A DNA stretch of 27,566 bases from a bacterium (GCA_029945985.1 JAQSDP010000334.1:1-27566); one strand, 5' to 3'. Positions 16,804-25,598 are shown, numbered from the stretch's first letter. A program made the numbers and translations. The notes: generated by a model not told the origin, from the sequence alone.

Positions 16804-17953
16804 AAATGTCTTGAGCGGCCGCGTACCCCGACGACCACGCCCACTGAAAATTGTATCCGCCAAGCCAGCCTGTAACGTCCAACACCTCGCCGATAAAGAA
16901 AAGCCCCGGGACCTTTTTCGATTCGAATGTCTTCGACGACAGTTCGTCGGTCGATACGCCCCCGAGCGTTACTTCCGCCTTGTCGTAGCCTTCCGTATCC
17001 TTGAATCGAAGTTCCCAATGATTGAGCCTTCGGGCCGCGGCCGCGATGCCGGCGTCCGACATATCGCTCAGCCGCTGAGCGGATTTGCCGAAAAGCCGAT
17101 CGGCGACCTTTGCAGGAATGTAACCTGCCAGAAAATTATCGAGCCTTTTCGAGGTATTACGATTTTCGCTCAACAGTCCACTAGCCTCGACGCCGCCAAG
17201 AAGATCGATTAACACGGGCCGCGACTTGTCCCAATAGTTCGATATTTGCAGGATCGCCGGGCCGGACATGCCTCGGTGCGTGAATAGGATATTCTCCCGG
17301 ACGTCCTTTCCGTCTGTTGAGACGATCGCGTCAACCGAAACTCCCGCGAGATCTCGAAAGCTCTCTCCACTTAAAACGAGCGGCACGAGCGAAGGCCGAG
17401 TTTCAATGATCTTAAGTCCGAATTGTCGAGCGATCTGATAGCCGAAGTCAGTCGCACCGATCTTGGCGAAGGACAGCCCTCCGGTCGCGACAACGAGCCG
17501 TTCGCTCTCGATCGTTCCTTGGTCCGTCTTGACTGAGAAACTTGTCCCCCTCTCAACTCTTTCTACCGAACAGCCCGTCACGATCCGGACTTTCGCGTCA
17601 CGGCATTCTGCGATCAGCATCTCCACGATCTGCTTTGAGCTTTCGCGGCAGAACAGCTGGCCGAGTTTCTTCTCGTAATAAGCGATCTGGTGTTTCCGGA
17701 CGAGTTCGACGAAATCCTGCGAGGTATATCGAGCAAGGGCGGACTTTGCGAAATGGGGATTCTCCGAAACGAAGTTTTCGGCGTTCACGCTGCGGTTCGT
17801 GAAGTTGCACCGGCCGCCGCCCGAGACAATTATCTTCCGCCCGACCTGCGCGTTCCGCTCGATAACGAGCACCCGCTTGCCCCGACGGCCCGCCTCGGCC
17901 GCGCAAAACAACCCGGCCGCACCGCCGCCGATCACGATCGCGTCGAACGTCAT
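16802..17953 (-). CDS. yhiN: HI0933/YhiN-family NAD(P)/FAD-dependent flavoprotein
   Basis: IVIGGGAAG, GRKIIVSGGGRCNFTN, LVVATGGLS, NILFTHRGMSGPAILQIS, AEVTLGGV, GEVLDVTGWLGGYNFQWAWSSG. Confidence 0.92.
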   Translation of the reverse strand: MTFDAIVIGGGAAGLFCAAEAGRRGKRVLVIERNAQVGRKIIVSGGGRCNFTNRSVNAENFVSENPHFAKSALARYTSQDFVELVRKHQIAYYEKKLGQLFCRESSKQIVEMLIAECRDAKVRIVTGCSVERVERGTSFSVKTDQGTIESERLVVATGGLSFAKIGATDFGYQIARQFGLKIIETRPSLVPLVLSGESFRDLAGVSVDAIVSTDGKDVRENILFTHRGMSGPAILQISNYWDKSRPVLIDLLGGVEASGLLSENRNTSKRLDNFLAGYIPAKVADRLFGKSAQRLSDMSDAGIAAAARRLNHWELRFKDTEGYDKAEVTLGGVSTDELSSKTFESKKVPGLFFIGEVLDVTGWLGGYNFQWAWSSGYAAAQDI

Positions 17954-18493
17954 TTAAGCGAGATAGCGATCCTTAAGGATATTCACATGATGCCGGACGT
18001 GCCCGGCCATAATGAATCCGAGTGCGCGGACCGAGATCGGGAATCCGCTGGCGGTTCCTATTTGAAGCCAGTCGGATTCGTCGAGGCTTCGGAGCGAGCG
18101 GAGATTCGCTTGCCGGAGCTCTGAGAACTCAGCAACGAGATCCGCAAACGTACGCTCGTGGGCGTGCGAAGTTGCAATGTAGTGGTCCTGCTCGAATCCT
18201 TCGATCGGCGTCATATCGCCGCGGGAGATGCGATGAACGCGATGGGCGAAATGCCGCTCGCCATCGATAACGTGGCTTAGCAGTTCCTTGATCGTCCATT
18301 TTCCTTCGGCATAGGCAAAGGTGCCTCGGCTCTCGTCGAGGGATCCGAAAACAGCGGTTACCTCGTTGGGTTGCGACGCCAGCACGCCGAGCAGGTCAGG
18401 TTCGGTCACCTGTGAGATGTATCCGCCGTAGTATGCATTAAACTCTTCGACCGCGGGCTTTTCGATCACTGAGGGTTTCATTCCGGTTTGCAT
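17954..18493 (-). CDS. DinB/YfiT-superfamily protein (putative metal-dependent thiol S-transferase)
   Basis: YAEGKWTIKELLSHVIDGER...GHVRHH metal-ligand pattern; its stop abuts the yhiN ATG (TAA-ATG). Confidence 0.88.
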   Translation of the reverse strand: MQTGMKPSVIEKPAVEEFNAYYGGYISQVTEPDLLGVLASQPNEVTAVFGSLDESRGTFAYAEGKWTIKELLSHVIDGERHFAHRVHRISRGDMTPIEGFEQDHYIATSHAHERTFADLVAEFSELRQANLRSLRSLDESDWLQIGTASGFPISVRALGFIMAGHVRHHVNILKDRYLA

Positions 18494-18555
18494 GGCGATA
18501 TATTATCAGAACTATCAGCCCCGCAATTAACCATTCAAAAAGGAGTTCGATTCGA

Positions 18556-19245
18556 ATGAAGAAGTTCTTTCTTGCTTTTGCAGTCTTGACCGTAGCCGCG
18601 ATGGCGGCCGTCAAATTCACGACGTACGCCGATGCAGGTATCTCGCCAACGATACCCGTCGACGAGAAGGCTATGAAGTCCGCCGAGTCAGGCACATATA
18701 ACTTTGATAAGGCACACAGCTTCATCGGGTTCAAGGTCAAGCATATGGGACTGATCGAGGTTCCCGGATTTTTCAGGGACTTTACCGGAACCGTTAACTA
18801 CGACACTGCCGACCCAACGAGATCCACGGTCGAGTTCACCGCGAAAGCGACAAGCGTCGATACCGGAGTGGCCGGCCGTGACCGCCACCTGCGCACGGCT
18901 GACTTCTTCGATGTAGAGAAGTTTGCTGATCTGACTTTCAAGAGCTCAAAGGTTGAGAAAAAAGGTAAGGCCTGGATCGTCACCGGAGACCTCACGATGC
19001 GTGGAGTCACGAAATTGGTTTCGATCCCGTTCGAGATCACCGGATTCGTACCGGGTGGCGAACGAGCAGGCGCCAAGATCGGCATTGCAGGCGAGACCAC
19101 GATCAATCGCCGTGATTTTGGAGTCAACTACGGCAGCAATATGCCGAGCGGAACCCCCGTGATCGCTGACCAAGTGAAAGTAGTTCTTCAGATCGAGGCG
19201 GGAAAGCCTGGTCCGCCGCGTCCGTCGACACCTGCTTCCGAGTAA
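18556..19245 (+). CDS. Periplasmic YceI-family (polyisoprenoid/lipid-binding) protein
   Basis: Signal peptide; YNFDKAHSFIGFKVKHMG, RDRHLRTADFFDVEKF, GDLTMRGVTK, INRRDFGV; RBS AAGGAG upstream. Confidence 0.92.
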   Translation: MKKFFLAFAVLTVAAMAAVKFTTYADAGISPTIPVDEKAMKSAESGTYNFDKAHSFIGFKVKHMGLIEVPGFFRDFTGTVNYDTADPTRSTVEFTAKATSVDTGVAGRDRHLRTADFFDVEKFADLTFKSSKVEKKGKAWIVTGDLTMRGVTKLVSIPFEITGFVPGGERAGAKIGIAGETTINRRDFGVNYGSNMPSGTPVIADQVKVVLQIEAGKPGPPRPSTPASE

Positions 19246-19256
19246 CTGAATTGAAC

Positions 19257-19296
19257 AAAAGTTAACTGCGCATCCTCCCGAGCTGATGCGCAGTTA
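19257..19296. terminator. Terminator between convergent yceI-like and ddpX-like genes
   Basis: TAACTGCGCATC-N10-GATGCGCAGTTA, a 12-bp perfect stem with an A-run on the left; includes the dipeptidase stop codon. Confidence 0.8.
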
Positions 19297-19959
19297 GTTG
19301 TTTAAGCGTGCAGCTTCCACAAATGAAAGATCGTAGATGGCGTATTTCTCCCAATCCTTGAAGTCAAAATGCCACCATTCATTTGCATTGACCACGAACC
19401 CCTCGTCTACCATTAGTTTCCTGAGTAGATCGCGATTCGCCCGCTGCTCCGCGGTTCCGCCTGTGTAACCAGGCGATGCTCGCTCCGAGAACTCGTCATA
19501 GCCTGACGGCATCTCTACGAGCTTGCCTGTCTTCAGGTCATACATCGAAAGGTCGATGGCGCATCCACGATTGTGCTTTGAGCCCTTCGCCGGATCTGCT
19601 ACAAATTTTCGCTTATCCTCCGGCGTCACTTCCCAAAACAGCTTAGTGATGGACCAAGGACGGTAACCGTCGAAGATCACGAGTCCGAGTCCCTGCTTCT
19701 TCAGCTTCTTATGGACCTTAGCAACACCTCTCGCTGCCGGCTTCTGCAGGAACGCACGGGCTTCCGGATACACTTGCTTGCCAACGAAATTGTTCTCCGT
19801 CGCATATCGGATGTCGAGCTTGATGGTCGGGTCGAGGGTGATGAGTTCTACCAAATTGGCCTCGCGTTTACCTTGTTCTCGGGGCGGGCCGTCCTGGGCA
19901 GCGGCCTGAAAGGAAAGGATAAGAAATAAGGCGAGAAGTGCAAATCGAGATCTGACCAT
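19294..19959 (-). CDS. ddpX: D-alanyl-D-alanine dipeptidase (peptidase M15D, VanX/DdpX-like) with signal peptide
   Basis: LDIRYATENNF, IFDGYRP, GSKHNRGCAID (SxHxxGxAxD), EWWHF. Likely ATG at 19959; the ORF-track extension crosses a repeat pair. Confidence 0.9.
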   Translation of the reverse strand: MVRSRFALLALFLILSFQAAAQDGPPREQGKREANLVELITLDPTIKLDIRYATENNFVGKQVYPEARAFLQKPAARGVAKVHKKLKKQGLGLVIFDGYRPWSITKLFWEVTPEDKRKFVADPAKGSKHNRGCAIDLSMYDLKTGKLVEMPSGYDEFSERASPGYTGGTAEQRANRDLLRKLMVDEGFVVNANEWWHFDFKDWEKYAIYDLSFVEAARLNN

Positions 19960-19991
19960 CCGAACATTATAGCGGGAAAATCGCGAGGCAT

Positions 19992-20057
19992 GTGTCTGCG
20001 CGCGTAAGGGCGTAACTTTCAACTTGTCCGTTACACCAATGCTGACGCGCCTCTGCA
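19992..20057. repeat. Degenerate inverted pair of REP-like elements
   Basis: GTGTCTGCGCGCGTAAGGGCGTAAC (19992-20016, +) and TGCAGAGGCGCGTCAGCATTGGTGTAAC (20030-20057, -); both end in GTAAC like the 13107 copy. Confidence 0.6.
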
Positions 20058-20060
20058 AAC

Positions 20061-21122
20061 CTACGGCTTCTCTTCGACCACCGGCTCAGAATCTTCAGGT
20101 CCAATGATAATGTCCGTACCGAACTTCTGATAATTGGTAAACCGGATGAGGTTGCGAGTCTCGAACGACCGGCCCCCCTCGCGGATAGTCAATCGCACAT
20201 CGGAGACAAGCGGCAGCAAGTATTTCTCTTCAGATATCATCGTCCAATCGTAGTCGATCGTCCGACGAGCGGCGGTGACCGGAAATCCCTCGGGGATCTC
20301 GGTGGCCTCGCTCTCGACCCGGAGCACGCGGTAATCCGCACGGTCGATCCACATTCGGCCCTTCATTCCCGTGATCGTCGATTGCGTCAAGCCGCCTGAC
20401 CCGGAGACGATCCGCTGCTTTGCTTTGTCTCGCTCAACAGTGAAATCAAATAGGACTGCCGTCCGGCCGCGGATGATATCCGTCTGGACGGGAATGAATT
20501 CGGCGTCATTCTCAGGCTTAAAGATCGTCGCCAGCATCGTCACGAACTCGCCGGTCGAACTCGTCCCACCGGCCTCGTCATAACTTCCCTTAGCTTCCGG
20601 AGTTGCCTGAAGCGCTCCGTTGATCGACAGGAGCTTATAAGATTCTTCGCCGGTCGACCTATAACTGACGGCGACTACCAGCTTGTCCTGCGGACGAAAG
20701 TTGCCTGTACCCGCAAACGACGCCGAGCGCTGGATCTGCTGTTTCACCACGAAATCCGGCATTTCCTCGACGGCTTCGAGCGTCTTACGGCGGGTCTTGT
20801 CGATGATTCCCGTGACCTCGAGCTGAGTCGGGATCCTGGTACCCACAGGGTCCTTTCGCCGACGATCGGCTTCCTCAAGGGCCCGTTTCAATTCGTCGTC
20901 ATTGGCACCCTTCGATCGCGTCAGGCTGCGAACGCCGTCGGTCAATGCGAAACCGATACCGCGACGACGCAGCGCCTCAACCACGTCTTCCATCTTCGTG
21001 GTCCTGCGCTCGATGCCATACAGAAGTTGGACGTACTCGGCTTGGGTCAGTGGTTTATCTTGGCCGAACGCGGAAAAGCAGAAAGCGGTGACCAATATAA
21101 GGAAAACAATAGTGGGTCTCAT
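20061..21122 (-). CDS. Secreted hypothetical protein with a beta-rich C-terminal domain
   Basis: Sec signal; MPDFVVKQQIQRS...STGEF..ML..IF...GRMWID...RVLR...IDY......YLLP...RNLIRFTNYQKFG, a pattern I associate with Acidobacteria conserved proteins (not verified). Confidence 0.8.
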   Translation of the reverse strand: MRPTIVFLILVTAFCFSAFGQDKPLTQAEYVQLLYGIERRTTKMEDVVEALRRRGIGFALTDGVRSLTRSKGANDDELKRALEEADRRRKDPVGTRIPTQLEVTGIIDKTRRKTLEAVEEMPDFVVKQQIQRSASFAGTGNFRPQDKLVVAVSYRSTGEESYKLLSINGALQATPEAKGSYDEAGGTSSTGEFVTMLATIFKPENDAEFIPVQTDIIRGRTAVLFDFTVERDKAKQRIVSGSGGLTQSTITGMKGRMWIDRADYRVLRVESEATEIPEGFPVTAARRTIDYDWTMISEEKYLLPLVSDVRLTIREGGRSFETRNLIRFTNYQKFGTDIIIGPEDSEPVVEEKP

Positions 21123-21175
21123 CTGAATAATGGATGCGGAATAGAAACGAACTGTTGTAACGTACGGGCCGAATC

Positions 21176-21206
21176 AAAAAGGGAGATGCTTTATCGGCAT
21201 CTCCCT
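21176..21206 (-). terminator. Intrinsic terminator downstream of the PilZ-like gene
   Basis: AAAAA-GGGAGATGC-N7-GCATCTCCC-T on +, giving a hairpin followed by a U-run on the minus strand. Confidence 0.8.
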
Positions 21207-21235
21207 GTATAGATAAGCGTTTTCAAAACAATAAG

Positions 21236-21637
21236 CTAGTTCACCCACTCTTCTTCGTAATTTAGCTTCCAGTGAGCTGTCACCCAAGCTTCTGCAGCCT
21301 CCATCGCGACAGCCTTCCACTTCTTCACATTCTGAAGAACGTTCAAGGCCGCGAGCGGTTTGCTCGGATCTCGCTCGACGCGGATCACTTCGGTCGCTAC
21401 CTCGATGATCATCTTGTCTTCTGCAAGGATCCGTAGTTTGACCTCGGCGCCTACCGGCGGAAGCGTCTCAAGATTTACAAGTGCGCTGTTCTCGCCCAGA
21501 TTCTCGGTCGTTCCTTCTACTTTTATTCGTTTACCGCTTTCTTCGTCCACCCAGATAGCCTGCACCGGCATATGGGCCAATATCCGATGGTGCATCGGAG
21601 TTTTATATGATGATGTTGCGTATTCCACTTGTGACAT
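21236..21637 (-). CDS. PilZ-like domain protein
   Basis: R...MPVQAIW...GTTENLGENSALV...PPVGAEVKLRI...EVIRV, a PilZ-type beta-barrel pattern. Start is either 21637 or 21685. Confidence 0.65.
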   Translation of the reverse strand: MSQVEYATSSYKTPMHHRILAHMPVQAIWVDEESGKRIKVEGTTENLGENSALVNLETLPPVGAEVKLRILAEDKMIIEVATEVIRVERDPSKPLAALNVLQNVKKWKAVAMEAAEAWVTAHWKLNYEEEWVN

Positions 21638-21705
21638 ATTTTCCCCCGCTTTCTCGTCTTCTTGCCTTCCTACCCTTGATCGCATAACCCCGAAATAGAA
21701 CGAAA

Positions 21706-21734
21706 AACTTAAACCTTTCTTACAAAAAAGTCAA
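21706..21734 (-). promoter_or_regulatory. Sigma70-type promoter TTGACT-N17-TAAGTT for the PilZ-like gene
   Basis: -35 at 21734-21729 and -10 at 21711-21706 on the minus strand, with exact 17-nt spacing. Confidence 0.45.
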
Positions 21735-21767
21735 GTATCCGCTCGCTCCTTACAAATCCTTACAAAT
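21719..21767. promoter_or_regulatory. Phased direct repeats CTTACAAA (21719, 21749, 21759)
   Basis: Tandem CCTTACAAAT x2 at 21748-21767 plus a third copy exactly 30 bp away; 10-bp periodicity. Confidence 0.55.
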
Positions 21768-22235
21768 CTGATCCGATTGCCTGACCTATAACATCAAATT
21801 CGCGATTGTGATGCCGTTTAGGAAAAGTTGGTTTGCCCATTCTTTTTCATTACCTGAGAAAAAGCTTAAACCATCAATTTCGCTTAGATTTAACGCGCCT
21901 GTAACGTTCGCCCCTGATACTAACGCCTTGCAACCAAATCGAAGTGTCTTCCAGAAAACAGAGGAACCCGATTTGCCTATCGATAGCCGTACTGAAGTTT
22001 TTGATTTTTGGATTTTGTTCGGGCCCTTTATTGAAAAGAACCAGAGCCGCTGTAAGGGTGTGTAAACACATAGGTTAATCGTGTTACATCGAAACCGACT
22101 TGAATAAGGTCGCACTTGAGTCACCTCGGGTAATCCGAAAAGCGATAGAAAAATCCAAAAATCGAGAGAATTCGGACGAATAAGCACTTTTATACAGGCA
22201 TTTTTCAAACACATTTAGAGGTCAAAAAAACCAAG

Positions 22236-25200
22236 ATGACTATTTTCTCAAAACTACGTTCTTTGACGGTGCTCGGCACGATCATTCTCGCCTTCGCAGG
22301 CTCGATCTTCGCCCAGGCGGGTACCGGCGGTATCGCGGTCTCCGTGACCGACTCCGCCGGAGCTGTGGTGCCGAACGCAACCGTAACCTTAACAAGCAAA
22401 GCTACTAATCAAACACAAACGGCTACCACCAGCAACGACGGCCTTTACACCTTCGTTTCGCTGCAGCCGGGAACTTATGCAGTGAAGACAACCGCGTCAA
22501 ACTTTGGCGAGCAGACCCTGAACGTCGAGGTCCAGGTCGGTCGGACCACTGACGCGAACGTCACACTCGGCGCGAGCGGAGTTGCCGCTGAGGTGACCGT
22601 CACCGCGGAGGGCATTCAGACCACACAGAGCAACTCCGACGCTGTCATCACCGAAGCTGCGATCAGCAACTTGCCGATCAACGGGCGCCGTTTCCAGGAT
22701 TTTGCAACGCTCACGCCGACTGCACAGGTTGACCCGTCACGCGGTCAGATCTCGCTTTCCGGCCAGCGCGGCATCAACGGAAACGTCAATGTTGACGGCG
22801 TCGACTTCAACCAGCCCTTTTTCGGCGGTATCCGAGGCGGCGAACGCTCGAATTCATCCTTCACGATCCCGCAGGAATCGATCAAGGAATTCAACGTTGT
22901 TGCAGCCGGATACAATGCCGAATTCGGCCGTTCAACCGGCGGGATCATCAACGTAGTTACCAAGAGTGGGTCAAATCAGCTTCGCGGTTCAGCCTTCTAC
23001 CAGATCCGCCCGCAAGAGCTGGCCCGTCCGCATTCGTTTGCAGACGCTCTTGAGGAGCAAAGCCTTGGGCCGCGCGGCCTCGATGCGACTCTTGCCCCGA
23101 CACTGCAACAGTTCGGTGGTTCGATCGGCGGTCCGATCATTTCGGACAAGCTCTTCTATTTCGGTACATACGAGCAGCAGCGTTTCCGGGCTCCGCGTCA
23201 GGTCCTCTATCCGACGCTTAACGGCCTCACCGCGACGCCCGCCCAAACGGAGGTGTTTAACCTTTACAAGGCCGAGGAAGTTCCCTTTGAGCAAACCAAC
23301 GACGCCTACGCCGCTCTTGGAAAGATCGACTGGGTCATCAACGATGCAAACCGCTTCAATACACGATTCAACTACAGCAGTAACAAGGCATTGAATGGTG
23401 TTTCCACGGGTGAAACCTCGTTCGACCCGACTACGAGTCGTTCTCTCGGAACCAACGGAACTGAAAATGACGAGAATTGGTCGACGGTGAGCCAACTGGT
23501 CAGCAACTTCTCCGCTTCGCTCTTTAATGATCTTCGTGTTCAGTACGCCCGCGAAGAGCGTCCGCGTGAGGCGAATGAGCTTTCGCCCAACATCTTCACC
23601 GGCATTGGTGAACTAGGAACAAGGAACTTTCTTCCGACCACTCAGTATGACACCCGCCTTCAGTTCGCTGATGCGATGACATGGGTGACCGGAAATCACA
23701 CGATGAAGTTCGGCGGCGAATATAGCCGAATATTCGCTCAGCAGTTATTTGGATTCGGTCAGACGGGCGAATATAGCTTGAGTCTCGGCTCGTCCGCCTC
23801 GGGAATACAAAATACGCTCAACCAGACCTCGAGCACTCGCGCCGGGACGTACCTTGGACGCTTCGACACGACAAGTGCCGTCTATCGCCAGCAGATCGGA
23901 AACCTTCAGGCTGAGATGAACGTTCAGGAACTCGCTTTCTTTGCGCAGGATCAGTGGCGTATTACCCCGAGCTTTACACTGAACTTCGGCCTCCGTGCTG
24001 AGCAGCAATACAATCCCGATCCGGATGTCAGCAACACGGATCTTGTGAATTTGGTTCGCAATGCCTCATTCCCGCTTGCCGGTGGCGGCGGTATCGACCC
24101 GACGACCATCCCTGACAGCGGCTGGCAATGGGGCCCGCGACTCGGTTTTGCGTGGGATCCGACCGGTGAAGGCAAGACAGTCATTCGCGGTTTCGGCGGC
24201 GTATATTACGCCCGCACGCCGCTTCTGCTGCTTGCTGACTCGATCAACAACTATCGCCTGCCGCCGGGTAACGTACGTGCCATCCTTGGTTCAGGCGGCG
24301 TAACGTTTCAGCAGGCAGCATTTAACACGTTTCTGAATACGCCTGCTGCAGCTCAGTACATCGCTATCACAGGTTGCGTACCGAACCAGACGCCGGTTAA
24401 TCCCGCGTGTGTTGCCAACACGATCTACCGACAGTTCGCGATTCTCGGTATCAACTTGAATACCGTAGCGTTTGGCAATCTGCCAACACTAACGCCGACC
24501 CAGGTTCAAACTATCGGGTCTGCGGTCAACAGCTCGTTCAATCCCAATATCATCAACGGCATTCAGGTGACGAGCCACGATCCGGAGTTCAAGAATCCCG
24601 AGTCCGTACAGTTTGGCTTCGGCGCTGAGCATGAGTTCGTCCGGAACTTTGTTGTCGGCGTTGACTATTCACAGGTTCGCACGAACTTCCTTCAGAAGAA
24701 CGTCGACTACAACCTGCCCGCTCCGGTCTTGAATGCGGGCGATCCGTCGGGACGCCCGTTGATCGGAGTCACCCGTCCGCAAGCCCTGCCGGCCAGCGTG
24801 TCCTGGACAAACCGGGCACGCCCTATTACTTCGCTTTCGAGTGTGCAGGTTCGCGAGTCGTCGGGCCGCTCTTTCTTCCAGGCGTTGACGTTCAGGACCC
24901 GCATCACGAGATCGTGGGCGTTGATCAATGCTTATTACACACTTTCGCGTAATGAGTCGGATGACGACAACGAACGTGACTCGGGCGGCGTCCTTTATAC
25001 GAATCCCTATGATCGCCGTGCTGAGTTCGGCCCTTCACGGCTCGACCGTACTCACCAGTTCGTAGCGAATCCGGTATTCTTCATGCCTTACGGATTCGAA
25101 GTTTCAAGCGCAATCAGATTGCGGTCGGGATTGCCGTTCAACTCTCAGGTAGGCAGCGATATGAACGGTGACGGCCTCAACAACGACCGTCCCTATTTAG

Positions 25201-25538
25201 TCCCGGGTGTCGAACTTCCGCGTAACTATTTCAGAAACCGAAATGTTTTTGATGTCGACCTTCGGGTTCAGAAGGGCTTCAGTTTCGGCGAAAGGATGCG
25301 GTTGATAGGCTTTGTCGAGTTTTTCAACATCTTCAATATGTCGAACACTCAGTACGGCGGTGCGCAGACCAACTACTGTAACAGCAGTACGGAAAACGGC
25401 CGTATCCGATGCGGACTTGACGGCATCACCAATACGAACTTCTCTCAAGTTCGCAATGCTAGCGATCAGATCATCCTCTCCAACAATCCGGGAAGCCAGG
25501 TGTTCCAGATGCAGTTGGGTGGACGCTTCCAGTTCTAA
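22236..25538 (+). CDS. TonB-dependent outer-membrane receptor, Oar-like, with N-terminal carboxypeptidase-regulatory-like domain
   Basis: Signal peptide; VTDSAGAVVPNATVT...GLYTF..LQPGTY; plug LPINGRRFQDF, NVNVDGVD, AEFGRSTGGIINVVTKSG; barrel with FFAQDQWR...LNFGLR; C-terminal Phe (GGRFQF). Confidence 0.93.
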   Translation: MTIFSKLRSLTVLGTIILAFAGSIFAQAGTGGIAVSVTDSAGAVVPNATVTLTSKATNQTQTATTSNDGLYTFVSLQPGTYAVKTTASNFGEQTLNVEVQVGRTTDANVTLGASGVAAEVTVTAEGIQTTQSNSDAVITEAAISNLPINGRRFQDFATLTPTAQVDPSRGQISLSGQRGINGNVNVDGVDFNQPFFGGIRGGERSNSSFTIPQESIKEFNVVAAGYNAEFGRSTGGIINVVTKSGSNQLRGSAFYQIRPQELARPHSFADALEEQSLGPRGLDATLAPTLQQFGGSIGGPIISDKLFYFGTYEQQRFRAPRQVLYPTLNGLTATPAQTEVFNLYKAEEVPFEQTNDAYAALGKIDWVINDANRFNTRFNYSSNKALNGVSTGETSFDPTTSRSLGTNGTENDENWSTVSQLVSNFSASLFNDLRVQYAREERPREANELSPNIFTGIGELGTRNFLPTTQYDTRLQFADAMTWVTGNHTMKFGGEYSRIFAQQLFGFGQTGEYSLSLGSSASGIQNTLNQTSSTRAGTYLGRFDTTSAVYRQQIGNLQAEMNVQELAFFAQDQWRITPSFTLNFGLRAEQQYNPDPDVSNTDLVNLVRNASFPLAGGGGIDPTTIPDSGWQWGPRLGFAWDPTGEGKTVIRGFGGVYYARTPLLLLADSINNYRLPPGNVRAILGSGGVTFQQAAFNTFLNTPAAAQYIAITGCVPNQTPVNPACVANTIYRQFAILGINLNTVAFGNLPTLTPTQVQTIGSAVNSSFNPNIINGIQVTSHDPEFKNPESVQFGFGAEHEFVRNFVVGVDYSQVRTNFLQKNVDYNLPAPVLNAGDPSGRPLIGVTRPQALPASVSWTNRARPITSLSSVQVRESSGRSFFQALTFRTRITRSWALINAYYTLSRNESDDDNERDSGGVLYTNPYDRRAEFGPSRLDRTHQFVANPVFFMPYGFEVSSAIRLRSGLPFNSQVGSDMNGDGLNNDRPYLVPGVELPRNYFRNRNVFDVDLRVQKGFSFGERMRLIGFVEFFNIFNMSNTQYGGAQTNYCNSSTENGRIRCGLDGITNTNFSQVRNASDQIILSNNPGSQVFQMQLGGRFQF

Positions 25539-25565
25539 ACTTTATCTCTCACGCAGAGACTTCAT

Positions 25566-25598
25566 GGCACGTGTGCGAAATGCATGCGTGCCTTTTTT
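25566..25598 (+). terminator. Intrinsic terminator after the TonB-dependent receptor
   Basis: GGCACGTGTGC-GAAAT-GCATGCGTGCC stem with G:U pairs, followed by TTTTTT. Confidence 0.85.

Noticed and set aside
21786-22214. ORFs of 142, 85 and 65 aa in the AT-rich region
   Set aside because: Mutually overlapping, no motifs or RBS, and composition fits promoter DNA.
22090-22235. Riboswitch (cobalamin, c-di-GMP, TPP) in the TonB receptor leader
   Set aside because: Only weak small hairpins; no conserved riboswitch core motifs recognised by eye.
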